Source: a virus. Taken from it: a DNA stretch of 64,000 nucleotides. The DNA lies in the IMG/VR virus record IMGVR_UViG_3300010883_026915, positions 16,015-80,014 of that record, one strand, 5' to 3'. Positions 18,567 to 28,027 of this stretch are shown here, one piece after another; the first letter of the stretch is position 1, and each line of letters starts with the position of its first letter. A model generated the notes under the pieces. That model did not search any database and was not told the origin of the DNA. It was given only the letters and a program-made list of their open reading frames with translations. The position numbers were made by a program, and so were the translations under genes.

Positions 18567-20111
18567 ATGTATAGAATACTGACAGCTAGCAAAGATACAT
18601 ACGTTACTAATAAGATTATTAATAATAGTTTTAGAGCAACAGATGCAAATGTAGGAATGGCATCTACTCTTGATTTATATAAATTATATGGAGAGTCTAC
18701 GTCTGGATCTGTTGAAAATCCAATCGAAATAAGTAGAATATTATTAAAGTTTAATTTAAATCCATTACGTGCACTTACTGGATCAATACTTGACTTAGAT
18801 TCAAGTACTTTTAAAGCAACATTAAATCTATATGATGTATACGGAGGTCAAACAACACCTAGTAATTTTAAATTAATAGTATTTCCACTTTCAAAATCTT
18901 TTGATGAGGGTATAGGTAGAAATATAGTAGATTTTTCTGACTTAGATTCTTCTAACTTTATAACAGCATCTGTATCAAATAGTTCTGCTGATGCCTGGCA
19001 TCTAAGCGGCGCAAACAAGCAAGGTTTTCTAGGATCAAGTAATATTGATATTATATCAAGCGGAACGCTGAGTGGAAGTAGTGAAACAGAGAATATTAAT
19101 ATCTGGAAATCGCAAACTTTTAGTACAGGAGATGAGAATCTATCTATAGACGTAACTACAATAGTATCTGGAACACTAGTAGGTTTAATACCCGATTGTG
19201 GCTTTAGGATTTCATTTAGCGGAAGCCAGGAAACAGATAAGAAAACAAGATTTGTAAAAAGATTTGCATCTAGACATACTACAAACTATATCAAAAGGCC
19301 TTCAATTGTTATTCATTACGATGATTCTGTACAAGATCATCACGAAGTTTTTTACTTTGACATGACGGGAAGCGTATTTTTAAATAATAGTGCAAGAGGC
19401 ACAAGAAGAAATTTCAGATCAGGATCAGCTGCAACTGAAATAACAGGTTCAGACTGCCTATATCTTGAGCTTGTATCAGGATCTAATCTAAGCGGAACAT
19501 TATTCCAGAAAACAATAACTGGATCTCAGCATAAAATTGGAAAAAACTTTATAACAGGTGTATATTCTGCATCATTTGCAATAAGTGAGTTCGAAAGTGG
19601 CACTTTATATCACCATGTTAAAAGTGCAGGATCAGCAAGCTTTACTGCTGTATGGTCATCAATGGATAAAACTGTTCCATTTCTAACATCTTCACTAGTT
19701 ATTTTTAGAACTGATAGATCTGCATTTGATAATGATCAAAAAAGACTTATTGTTACAGTAACAAATGTTCAACCTACATATGGCTTAAATGATAAAGTTA
19801 GATTTAGAGTATTTGCTGAAAATATAGATAGAGATGTTGTATATAAGAAGGTTCCAATGGAAACAAAGAGCCAGATATTTACAAAAATGTACTATAGAAT
19901 TAGGGATGCAATATCTTCAGATATAATAATACCATTTGAAAAATCAAACAATGCAACTCTTTGTTCTACTGATAGTGATGGAATGTATTTTGATATATAT
20001 ATGGATTCACTTAATGAGGGTAGACTTTATACTATAGACTTTTTAATAAAAGACATGGGTGAGGATCTTCTCTTTACAGATGTTGCAGCAAAATTTCGAC
20101 TAGAGAAATAG
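18567..20111 (+). CDS. Virion (baseplate-associated) structural protein
   Basis: Follows the gp6-like gene; ASKDTY...SRILLKF...PLSKSFDEG.G beta-sandwich-type pattern; S/T/G rich. Confidence 0.65.
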   Translation: MYRILTASKDTYVTNKIINNSFRATDANVGMASTLDLYKLYGESTSGSVENPIEISRILLKFNLNPLRALTGSILDLDSSTFKATLNLYDVYGGQTTPSNFKLIVFPLSKSFDEGIGRNIVDFSDLDSSNFITASVSNSSADAWHLSGANKQGFLGSSNIDIISSGTLSGSSETENINIWKSQTFSTGDENLSIDVTTIVSGTLVGLIPDCGFRISFSGSQETDKKTRFVKRFASRHTTNYIKRPSIVIHYDDSVQDHHEVFYFDMTGSVFLNNSARGTRRNFRSGSAATEITGSDCLYLELVSGSNLSGTLFQKTITGSQHKIGKNFITGVYSASFAISEFESGTLYHHVKSAGSASFTAVWSSMDKTVPFLTSSLVIFRTDRSAFDNDQKRLIVTVTNVQPTYGLNDKVRFRVFAENIDRDVVYKKVPMETKSQIFTKMYYRIRDAISSDIIIPFEKSNNATLCSTDSDGMYFDIYMDSLNEGRLYTIDFLIKDMGEDLLFTDVAAKFRLEK

Positions 20112-20112
20112 T

Positions 20113-23100
20113 ATGAAAAAACGAATAGTTTCAAAATCAAAAAGACCTTCTCTATTTAAAAATGAAAAATCAATAAATAAACTGACTTCAAAAAAAGAAA
20201 TAAGTCTTTCTAGTATGATGGATACAAATATACAGTCAGATGAATCATTTAGATATGATTCTTATTCAGAAGCTATAAAAAACACACAACAGCTTAACAT
20301 TGACTATACAAAATTCAAAAATCATACATTTTTCAATTCTGCGCAAGCAAAGACAAATATTGCAATATCTAAAATAATTAATGAGTATCCGTTTGATCAA
20401 AATAAAAAATCAATAGAGTCATTTTTTGATTCACTTACTGGATTTGAAAATTATGTTTTTAACATATTTCCAAAATATACTGGCTATTTACATTTTTCAG
20501 GAACAGTCTCTGGTGAACCAGCTAGTAATGGAACAATATTAGAAATATTTGATTCAAGCGGCTATAAGTTCCCACAATTCTCTACAAAAAATGATGGAAA
20601 TGCAGAGATAGATTTCGAATATAATCCGATCACAGTAGAGTTTCAAACATATATACCGGATCAGGTAAATGAAAATCAAATAATTATTCAAAAACAAAAA
20701 GAAGCAGGCTTCGGAGTAAATATTGCACTAAGCAGAAGCCTTGATACTTCAAGATGTAATATTATATGGTCTGTTGTTTCTGGTGGCATACACACATCTG
20801 TATCAAGTAGTATAGAAAAGGGAAAATGGGTTAATGTAGGTTGTATATATGATAGGGGAAATGAAAACAATCTGCACTTATTTTTTGACGGTGAGCTTCA
20901 AGGAACTTCTTCAAATAAAGCAGAGTTTAGTATACTTTCTTTTGACAAGTCTCCGCTTTATATTGGGACCGGATCTATATTCAATATTGATTCAAGATTT
21001 CAAAAAGGAGGAGAATCTACATTTTCACCTCAGGTATCTCTTTCTGGAAATTTAGATGAAGTTAGAGTGTTCCATGATGTTAGAACTGCAGATGAGCTAA
21101 AAGAGTTTAGACAAAAGAGTATCTTTCCTGAGCCAAACCTAGTATGCTATTTAAAGTTTAATGAACCATCGGGAAGCTATAAGGGAAATAAAATTATATT
21201 AGACTCTTCTGGAAACTCAAATCATGCTTTAATTCAAAACTTTACTAGTGAGCTAAGATTTACAGGATCACTTAGCTCGCCCTTGCTATTTGAAAAGAAA
21301 AACCTAACCCCGATTTTATTTCCTGATCACTACCTTGTTAAAGATCTAAATACAAAAATGCTTATATCAGCATCTAGGTATGACGAGATAAATCCAAATC
21401 TTATAACAAGATTAATACCAAAGCACTTTTTCGTCGAAGGTCAGGCAAATGAGGGATTTTCAACACAGGCTGGAGAAATTGTAAAAGCCATAACAGGAAA
21501 TTCAATGCCAGGATCAGCAAAGCTTGGAAGTGCGCAGCTTATGACATCATTTCTACTAGTTTATGCAAAATTCTTTGATGAATTGAAGATAGTAATTGAT
21601 AGCATTAGTAATTTTCTTAATGTAAACTATGAAAACGAAGAGACTATACCAGATCAGCTATTGCCAGCACTTGGGAGGTATTACGGAATAGATTTGCCTA
21701 GCTTGTTTACAAATGCTGATATATATCAATTTATTGATGGAGAAAGACTGGGAGAGAGCTGGGGTGCTAGTCCAAGATCACTTAGGGAATTACAAAACGC
21801 ACTCTGGAAAAGATTTTTGATAAATATTCCCTATATAACTAGATCAAAGGGAACAATAAGAAGTATAAAGTCTACATTATCATCATTTGGAATAGATCCA
21901 GATGATATTGTTAATATAAGAGAGTTTGGAGGACCTACTAAGAAGACACTAGATAATAAACGTATAAGAAAAATCAAGGCAATATCCTTTCTAGACTTTA
22001 CTGGATCTTTTGGTCATGAGAATGATACAGTTAACTATCAAGGCTACTCAAGCACATCTCCGATTTTTATTAGCAAATATCTTAGCTCTTCAAGAGTTGA
22101 ACCAGGATATCCTGAAATAAAGGGCAACTTTATAAATAAATCTAGTACAAATAGAAATGGTATATCAAATAATAAAAGTGATGGACAGCACACATCAGGA
22201 TCTTTTACATATGAAGCATATTATAGATTTCTAGAGAAGCCCAGGCTGGGTGGAAAAACACATTATGCAACACAGAGCCTAGCTAGACTTCATGTTACAG
22301 GATCACATGATGGAGTAGGTGGGGGAGCACATATTCTTAACATTCTGGCAACATCTGCTTCTATCCCTACAGAAAACAATAGATTAACTCTATTTGTTAG
22401 AGATGCCATCGACATCGCCACCCCTGGCCTAAAGATACAGATAAATGATAAAAATTTAGACCTGTTTAATGGTGAGCCCTGGTACATATCATTTGGAAAA
22501 GTCAGGTCAGATGACATCATAACTTCAGTATCAGAGAGTCTTGTTGGGTCAAAAGTTAGATCTCCGTTTTCAACGCCTAAGATTTCAACTAACATGACAT
22601 CATCATGGTTTATTAGGGCAGCAAGGTCTGCAAACGGGCGAGTTACAGAGTCTTACGTAAGTAAATCATTCTTTGCTTACGATGACCACAACCTGCTCGA
22701 AAATATCGCGCCCAGCGGTGAGACAGGCTATAATCCTAGTGGAACTTTTATAGCGATAGGCTCACAAAGCATGCCTCTTCCGACAACAATTTCACAAGAG
22801 AGATTTTTAATTAGTGATCGATCTTCTATTGAAGGATTGCCAAATTGGTCAAGTGGTGATCGAGACCTGGCAATGTCAACAAAATTCTCGGGCCAGGTTG
22901 GAAAGATAAGATTCTGGTCTTCTGCACTTGATGAAAAATCATTTAAAGATCATGTTAGAAATCCTGATTCTATAGGTTCACTAGACCCTGTAAAGAGTTA
23001 TGATTTTATAACTCAGGAAACAGGTTCTTTCCAGCGACTTAGAGTTGATCATCAGATGTCACAAGAAGTTCTCACATCTTCTGCAACAGGTGAGCTTATG

Positions 23101-23790
23101 ATAACAAACTTTACACAGACTACAGCAGCTACAGCACGCGGATTTGAGAAAAATAAACAAATTATAAAAAATGAAAATATATTCTACTCTATGCTTTCTC
23201 CAAAGTTTGATCTCTCACAAACAGATGAGAAAGTTAGAGTTAGAGGTTTCTCAGATTCTAAAAATATAGATAGTGAAGATTATGCATATGCATCACCAGT
23301 ATATGAAGTGCTGAGAAGTGAAAGCCCAGATGATGATACAAGATTTGCTATAGAGTTTTCAGCAATAAAAGCAGTTGAAGATGATATAATGTCTTTGTTT
23401 TCGTCTCTTGAGTTTTTTGATAATGCACTTGGAAATCCAAATTTATTATTTGATGAATTTTATCCTGATTTAGAGCAAATGAGAAAGATTTACTTTAGAA
23501 GACTATTAGCAAAACCTGAATTTGATTCATACTATAGGATGTTTAAATGGTTCACTAGTTCTCTAGGCAATATACTAGAGCAGCTTGTCCCAAAGAAGAC
23601 AAAGTTTCTTGGAATAGATTTTATATATGAGTCACATCCGTTGGAAAGAAATAGATTTAGATACCTATATGATGAGATTTATCTAGGGCAAGCCGAAAGA
23701 TCATTTGATAAACCCCCAGATAAGCCTACAGAATATCCTGATAATCCTGCTGCTGGGCAACTCAAGTCTGGCCAAATTAAGAAGTTTTAA
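20113..23790 (+). CDS. Large baseplate protein with LamG/concanavalin-like domain(s) and a P2 gpI/gp7-like segment
   Basis: GKWVNVGCIYDR...LFFDGEL...LSGNLDEVRVF (LamG); NIPYITRSKGTIRSIKSTLSSFG (gpI-like). Confidence 0.7.
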   Translation: MKKRIVSKSKRPSLFKNEKSINKLTSKKEISLSSMMDTNIQSDESFRYDSYSEAIKNTQQLNIDYTKFKNHTFFNSAQAKTNIAISKIINEYPFDQNKKSIESFFDSLTGFENYVFNIFPKYTGYLHFSGTVSGEPASNGTILEIFDSSGYKFPQFSTKNDGNAEIDFEYNPITVEFQTYIPDQVNENQIIIQKQKEAGFGVNIALSRSLDTSRCNIIWSVVSGGIHTSVSSSIEKGKWVNVGCIYDRGNENNLHLFFDGELQGTSSNKAEFSILSFDKSPLYIGTGSIFNIDSRFQKGGESTFSPQVSLSGNLDEVRVFHDVRTADELKEFRQKSIFPEPNLVCYLKFNEPSGSYKGNKIILDSSGNSNHALIQNFTSELRFTGSLSSPLLFEKKNLTPILFPDHYLVKDLNTKMLISASRYDEINPNLITRLIPKHFFVEGQANEGFSTQAGEIVKAITGNSMPGSAKLGSAQLMTSFLLVYAKFFDELKIVIDSISNFLNVNYENEETIPDQLLPALGRYYGIDLPSLFTNADIYQFIDGERLGESWGASPRSLRELQNALWKRFLINIPYITRSKGTIRSIKSTLSSFGIDPDDIVNIREFGGPTKKTLDNKRIRKIKAISFLDFTGSFGHENDTVNYQGYSSTSPIFISKYLSSSRVEPGYPEIKGNFINKSSTNRNGISNNKSDGQHTSGSFTYEAYYRFLEKPRLGGKTHYATQSLARLHVTGSHDGVGGGAHILNILATSASIPTENNRLTLFVRDAIDIATPGLKIQINDKNLDLFNGEPWYISFGKVRSDDIITSVSESLVGSKVRSPFSTPKISTNMTSSWFIRAARSANGRVTESYVSKSFFAYDDHNLLENIAPSGETGYNPSGTFIAIGSQSMPLPTTISQERFLISDRSSIEGLPNWSSGDRDLAMSTKFSGQVGKIRFWSSALDEKSFKDHVRNPDSIGSLDPVKSYDFITQETGSFQRLRVDHQMSQEVLTSSATGELMITNFTQTTAATARGFEKNKQIIKNENIFYSMLSPKFDLSQTDEKVRVRGFSDSKNIDSEDYAYASPVYEVLRSESPDDDTRFAIEFSAIKAVEDDIMSLFSSLEFFDNALGNPNLLFDEFYPDLEQMRKIYFRRLLAKPEFDSYYRMFKWFTSSLGNILEQLVPKKTKFLGIDFIYESHPLERNRFRYLYDEIYLGQAERSFDKPPDKPTEYPDNPAAGQLKSGQIKKF

Positions 23791-23805
23791 AAATAAGAGT
23801 AAAAT

Positions 23806-24678
23806 ATGCCAATTAAACCGTTTATAGATAGAAAAGAGATAAATCTAAGCACTAATGACTCTCTGCTGGCGTTGGCATCTGCTGCATCTGGATCTTTCGC
23901 TGCACCATGTATAGATGCATTTAAGCAAGGTGTAAGCCTAAAGACTTCAAAAGATGTATTCTCAAGACTGCTTCCTTTCGTAGGATCTAAAGGTCTACCT
24001 TTAAATTTTTATGATACTATTGACTTCTCACTTGAAAGAACAACATATGGAAATGTTGAACTATTTAGTGAATCTAGCAATGGATCAACAGTTGATCCAT
24101 TTGATGATATATCATCATTAAATAATCCTGTTACTTTTCTTAAAGATGATGGTCTTACAGCTTACCCACAAGTTATGCTTAGTCCAAATTGGCTTGATCC
24201 AGGGCTCATGAACGGAATAATAGAGCCTTTAGATCTTAGGGGAACATTGCCAGGTGCTAGTGTTGACTCTCCCTTTGTAGCAAGAACAATAAAGGCAAGC
24301 ATTATGGATAATCCCTATCCGTATAGGTGCGATAGAGTGTTTGATAAAAAGTCTACATTTGATGTAGACGTTGCATTTATAGATTCTCAAAATCTAGGTC
24401 CATCAAAGGATAATTTTCATATGTTCTCTGAGCCTATAGGTGATTTCGGTAGATCAAAAATATCACCATATGACGAGCTAATTGACAGCTATATTGTAAA
24501 TGATCTAAAGACTATGAGTGATACTAATTTTAACGATACTATTGGACTTGGAATAATATCAAGGGGAGTAGGAACAATAATGAATTATAATTCTTCTAAA
24601 ATTGTTCAAAGAGGTGAGTCTGGATTTAGAAATCTAACAGTAGTTGACTCAATAGCATTTGGAGGCTTAGTTAAGTAA
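23806..24678 (+). CDS. Hypothetical virion protein
   Basis: 290-aa ORF in the structural operon; TAATG coupling to the next gene. Confidence 0.65.
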   Translation: MPIKPFIDRKEINLSTNDSLLALASAASGSFAAPCIDAFKQGVSLKTSKDVFSRLLPFVGSKGLPLNFYDTIDFSLERTTYGNVELFSESSNGSTVDPFDDISSLNNPVTFLKDDGLTAYPQVMLSPNWLDPGLMNGIIEPLDLRGTLPGASVDSPFVARTIKASIMDNPYPYRCDRVFDKKSTFDVDVAFIDSQNLGPSKDNFHMFSEPIGDFGRSKISPYDELIDSYIVNDLKTMSDTNFNDTIGLGIISRGVGTIMNYNSSKIVQRGESGFRNLTVVDSIAFGGLVK

Positions 24679-27600
24679 TGCCAATATCAGGTTCAAAAGG
24701 ATATAGATCGGGAATATTATCACTGCCCAATAGAGTTACAATAAGGATGACAGATAGTGTCAGTGGAACATATCCGACCACTGCTAGAACTACAGGTAAA
24801 ACTCATGGATTAATTGGAAAAAATATATTAAGATTTGATGATACTAAAACTAAGATGTTTTTAGGCTCAGATTCAATGGTATATCCAATTGTTCAGACAG
24901 CAGCAAACATATCACAATCTAATACTTCTATACTTATTGCATCGCCTAACAAGCCACCGACTATTATCACACATGGAACATCTTCTGACGGCCTTTCAAT
25001 GGACGGGATGATTTCAAATATAGAAAACGGTCTAGTATTTTTACCTTACGATGAAACAAGAATTGTTAATACAGGAAAATCTGATTCTTTCTATGCTACT
25101 GGCACAAAATCAGAAAATCTACCAGGATTTTCAGGTCCACTTAGGGATAAAATAAGTATAACAATACCAATAAATAATTCAAGCCAGAAAATAGCTACAA
25201 GATATAATGTTTCAGGAATAAATGTTGACTCAAGCGGGCATTTTCCTTCGACATCAGACAAATATTCTGGATTTTTATATTATAACCCAAGCTTAAATAG
25301 GTGGGAGGATATCGGCCTTGTAGATCATTTGCACAACTCATCTACAAACTACAAGATGTACTATCAGAGTACAAGTACAGATGTAAGCAAAGTTGATTGC
25401 TGGATCGCTGGCACACATGTTACAAGCTCCAATCTTGGAGCTGGCACTCCTTCTTATCCCAAAATGCAGCAATTTGCAATGTCAGATCATATGGCAGTAT
25501 ATCTTGACTCTGTCGCTGATATATCTTCTGTAAAGGGCTCTAGTAAGTACTCAATATTGACGTCTTCTTTAGATTATCATCTTATTGGAACACCAACTAT
25601 AGCAGCATTAGCTCCGGGTGCATCAATATATCATGCTACATCTAGTCAGACTTTGTCTATTGACAATTATATAAATGATCCATTTGCACTAGAATCTATG
25701 GTTCTAGAGATACCAGTTGTAGTTCAAAGAATGAGAGGCACTGTTGCAAAGCCAACAGAAGAGTCTAGGTTTTATGAAGCATGCAGAGATATTGACAATT
25801 ATACATTTTTTATATATAGACAGACTAGACCTACTAATTCTAATATTGACTCAGATGAACATATAGAAACCTCAAGAAGATATTTGATTGGAAGCGGGTG
25901 TGCTACATTTTCAAATACAAATTCACTTTCAGGAAGAATGCCAGCGATTGTTCGTTCAAAGGGCTGGCCACACAAGCCAGCGTTTTCTCATGACTTTCTC
26001 GTTGCCAGTGGCGCTGCAGCAAATGAAAATGTAACTTCTAGTCCCATATCAGTGTTTTCAGGAACACTAGAAATAAAAATAAAACCAGCAGTAGCAAATG
26101 GGCAATATCTAGGGGGTTCTAGGTTTCCTCTAGGCCCAAGTATAGGTGCCGGTCTTGCTGGAGGCAGTGTTTTTTGTACTGATGGTATACGAAGCATAGT
26201 AACACAAGATTTTTGGCCAGGTGGAACAACTACATTGTCTGGAAATATAAAGCCAGCATCATCTAGACAATATTCACCTCAGATAAATACTAGTATTTTT
26301 AAAGGTGCTAGAGACCCACAGATTAGTTTCGCAGGATCATTATTACACAGTGAATATAATAACTTGCTTAGTGAGTACAAAGAGCTAGTTCTTAAAGATA
26401 AGCTAGGATTAGTTGATACTAGGCCGCTTGCAAATGGTATCGGCTTAAGATCAACAGGTTCAGTTGAAAATACAGTTTCAGGAACTATCGCACTTGGACA
26501 AAAAAGTGGAATACTAGGATATACAGCACAATCAACGCCATCTACAAGAAGCTTTCCTGTCGGTCTTGGATCTCTTCCAAACTCAAAAGAGTCACCATAT
26601 CTACTGCTACCTGGTGATGAAATAGTTCTGGGTCTTGATGTGGGTGTATCTATGATTCCAAGCTCTGGAACAAACATGACATGGACTTCTGGACTTGGGA
26701 CAATTGATGTTGGGAAAGATTTGGGATTCTATTCTGCATCTAGCGCAGATAATGAATACTTTGGAACAGTTTCAGGATCATTTATGAAACTAATAAAGGG
26801 TCAAGCTAAACTAACACTATACGGATCTCTAGTCAGATGGGGAAAGGGAATAGAAGGTGAATCAAATCAGAATATCACGTCAGATGCAATACATGAAGCT
26901 GTGGGAAACCATAGGGTAACAGATCAGTATGATATTCCAACAAGAAATGATCTATCTTCAAGCTACGTTGATAGATTTATAGTAGGTGTTATGAAATCTG
27001 GCTCAAGAGATGCATACTACTCAGAGAATAGCGGATATTATGAAAACACTATAAATTTTAATTTTGGATATAATCTAAAAAGATCTGTTAGAGGATTATT
27101 TTCTAAAAATAGAACTGGAATATACAGTAATCTTCAAAATACAATATTTTCTAATTATAGTGTTGGTGCTCCACCTAGATTAAAATATTCATCAGTTTTC
27201 CCTTCAAATACAAGCGTTGTACTTGACAGATACCATATATCTAGATACGGAGAGTCAATATTTGATTTTGGAAAAGGCTTTCGATCGCTCCAGAGATTTG
27301 TCGGACTAGACTGCAATAAAGAAAGATTTTATGATACTGTTATGCCTGATATTATGCACCTGGCTTTAGCATCACCATCACTATCTGTAGATCCAATACC
27401 TTCCGGAACATATACAAAAAGGATAACACTTGATAAGCATAGAGCTATATCATACCCATATAGTGGTAACCCGGATAGATATGTAGAACAAAAGTACTAT
27501 CTTAGAGTTGATGCTTCAAGTGGAACAATTGGAAGCACAATTCAAGATTTTAAATCTGACTATGACAGAAAGCTTGTCAATGTTTGCTTATTTCAACGAG

Positions 27601-28019
27601 GGTGGAATTTTTCTACATATAACGCAAAAACTAGCAAAGTTGCACACTTTAGACATGCTGTATCAGCTAGTTTTGGACCATTATATGGAATAATGAGTCC
27701 AATGCCCAAGTATACTTCTTCAAAATTTAGAAGAGATACATATGGGCAATTTAGAGATATGCTTGAACAAAGAAAAGACGGAAAGTTTTTCCATTCAGAA
27801 GAGAAAAATAAATCTGTAAATGACTCACCTATTCAAGTAAGTTTTGTTAACAGTTCAGATGGCTTTACTAATGTCCAGCCATCTTCAACAGACTCTGTTA
27901 ATTTTAGCAAAGAGTATTCATCTTCTTTTGCATATGTAGAAGGAGATTCATTAAATCCAAAAGGCCAGAATAATGTATCAGTATCACTTGGTGCTGGTCC
28001 ATTTTATAACATGAAATAG
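24678..28019 (+). CDS. Large hypothetical virion protein
   Basis: 1113-aa S/T/G-rich ORF in the structural operon. Confidence 0.65.
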   Translation: MPISGSKGYRSGILSLPNRVTIRMTDSVSGTYPTTARTTGKTHGLIGKNILRFDDTKTKMFLGSDSMVYPIVQTAANISQSNTSILIASPNKPPTIITHGTSSDGLSMDGMISNIENGLVFLPYDETRIVNTGKSDSFYATGTKSENLPGFSGPLRDKISITIPINNSSQKIATRYNVSGINVDSSGHFPSTSDKYSGFLYYNPSLNRWEDIGLVDHLHNSSTNYKMYYQSTSTDVSKVDCWIAGTHVTSSNLGAGTPSYPKMQQFAMSDHMAVYLDSVADISSVKGSSKYSILTSSLDYHLIGTPTIAALAPGASIYHATSSQTLSIDNYINDPFALESMVLEIPVVVQRMRGTVAKPTEESRFYEACRDIDNYTFFIYRQTRPTNSNIDSDEHIETSRRYLIGSGCATFSNTNSLSGRMPAIVRSKGWPHKPAFSHDFLVASGAAANENVTSSPISVFSGTLEIKIKPAVANGQYLGGSRFPLGPSIGAGLAGGSVFCTDGIRSIVTQDFWPGGTTTLSGNIKPASSRQYSPQINTSIFKGARDPQISFAGSLLHSEYNNLLSEYKELVLKDKLGLVDTRPLANGIGLRSTGSVENTVSGTIALGQKSGILGYTAQSTPSTRSFPVGLGSLPNSKESPYLLLPGDEIVLGLDVGVSMIPSSGTNMTWTSGLGTIDVGKDLGFYSASSADNEYFGTVSGSFMKLIKGQAKLTLYGSLVRWGKGIEGESNQNITSDAIHEAVGNHRVTDQYDIPTRNDLSSSYVDRFIVGVMKSGSRDAYYSENSGYYENTINFNFGYNLKRSVRGLFSKNRTGIYSNLQNTIFSNYSVGAPPRLKYSSVFPSNTSVVLDRYHISRYGESIFDFGKGFRSLQRFVGLDCNKERFYDTVMPDIMHLALASPSLSVDPIPSGTYTKRITLDKHRAISYPYSGNPDRYVEQKYYLRVDASSGTIGSTIQDFKSDYDRKLVNVCLFQRGWNFSTYNAKTSKVAHFRHAVSASFGPLYGIMSPMPKYTSSKFRRDTYGQFRDMLEQRKDGKFFHSEEKNKSVNDSPIQVSFVNSSDGFTNVQPSSTDSVNFSKEYSSSFAYVEGDSLNPKGQNNVSVSLGAGPFYNMK

Positions 28020-28027
28020 AATATAGA

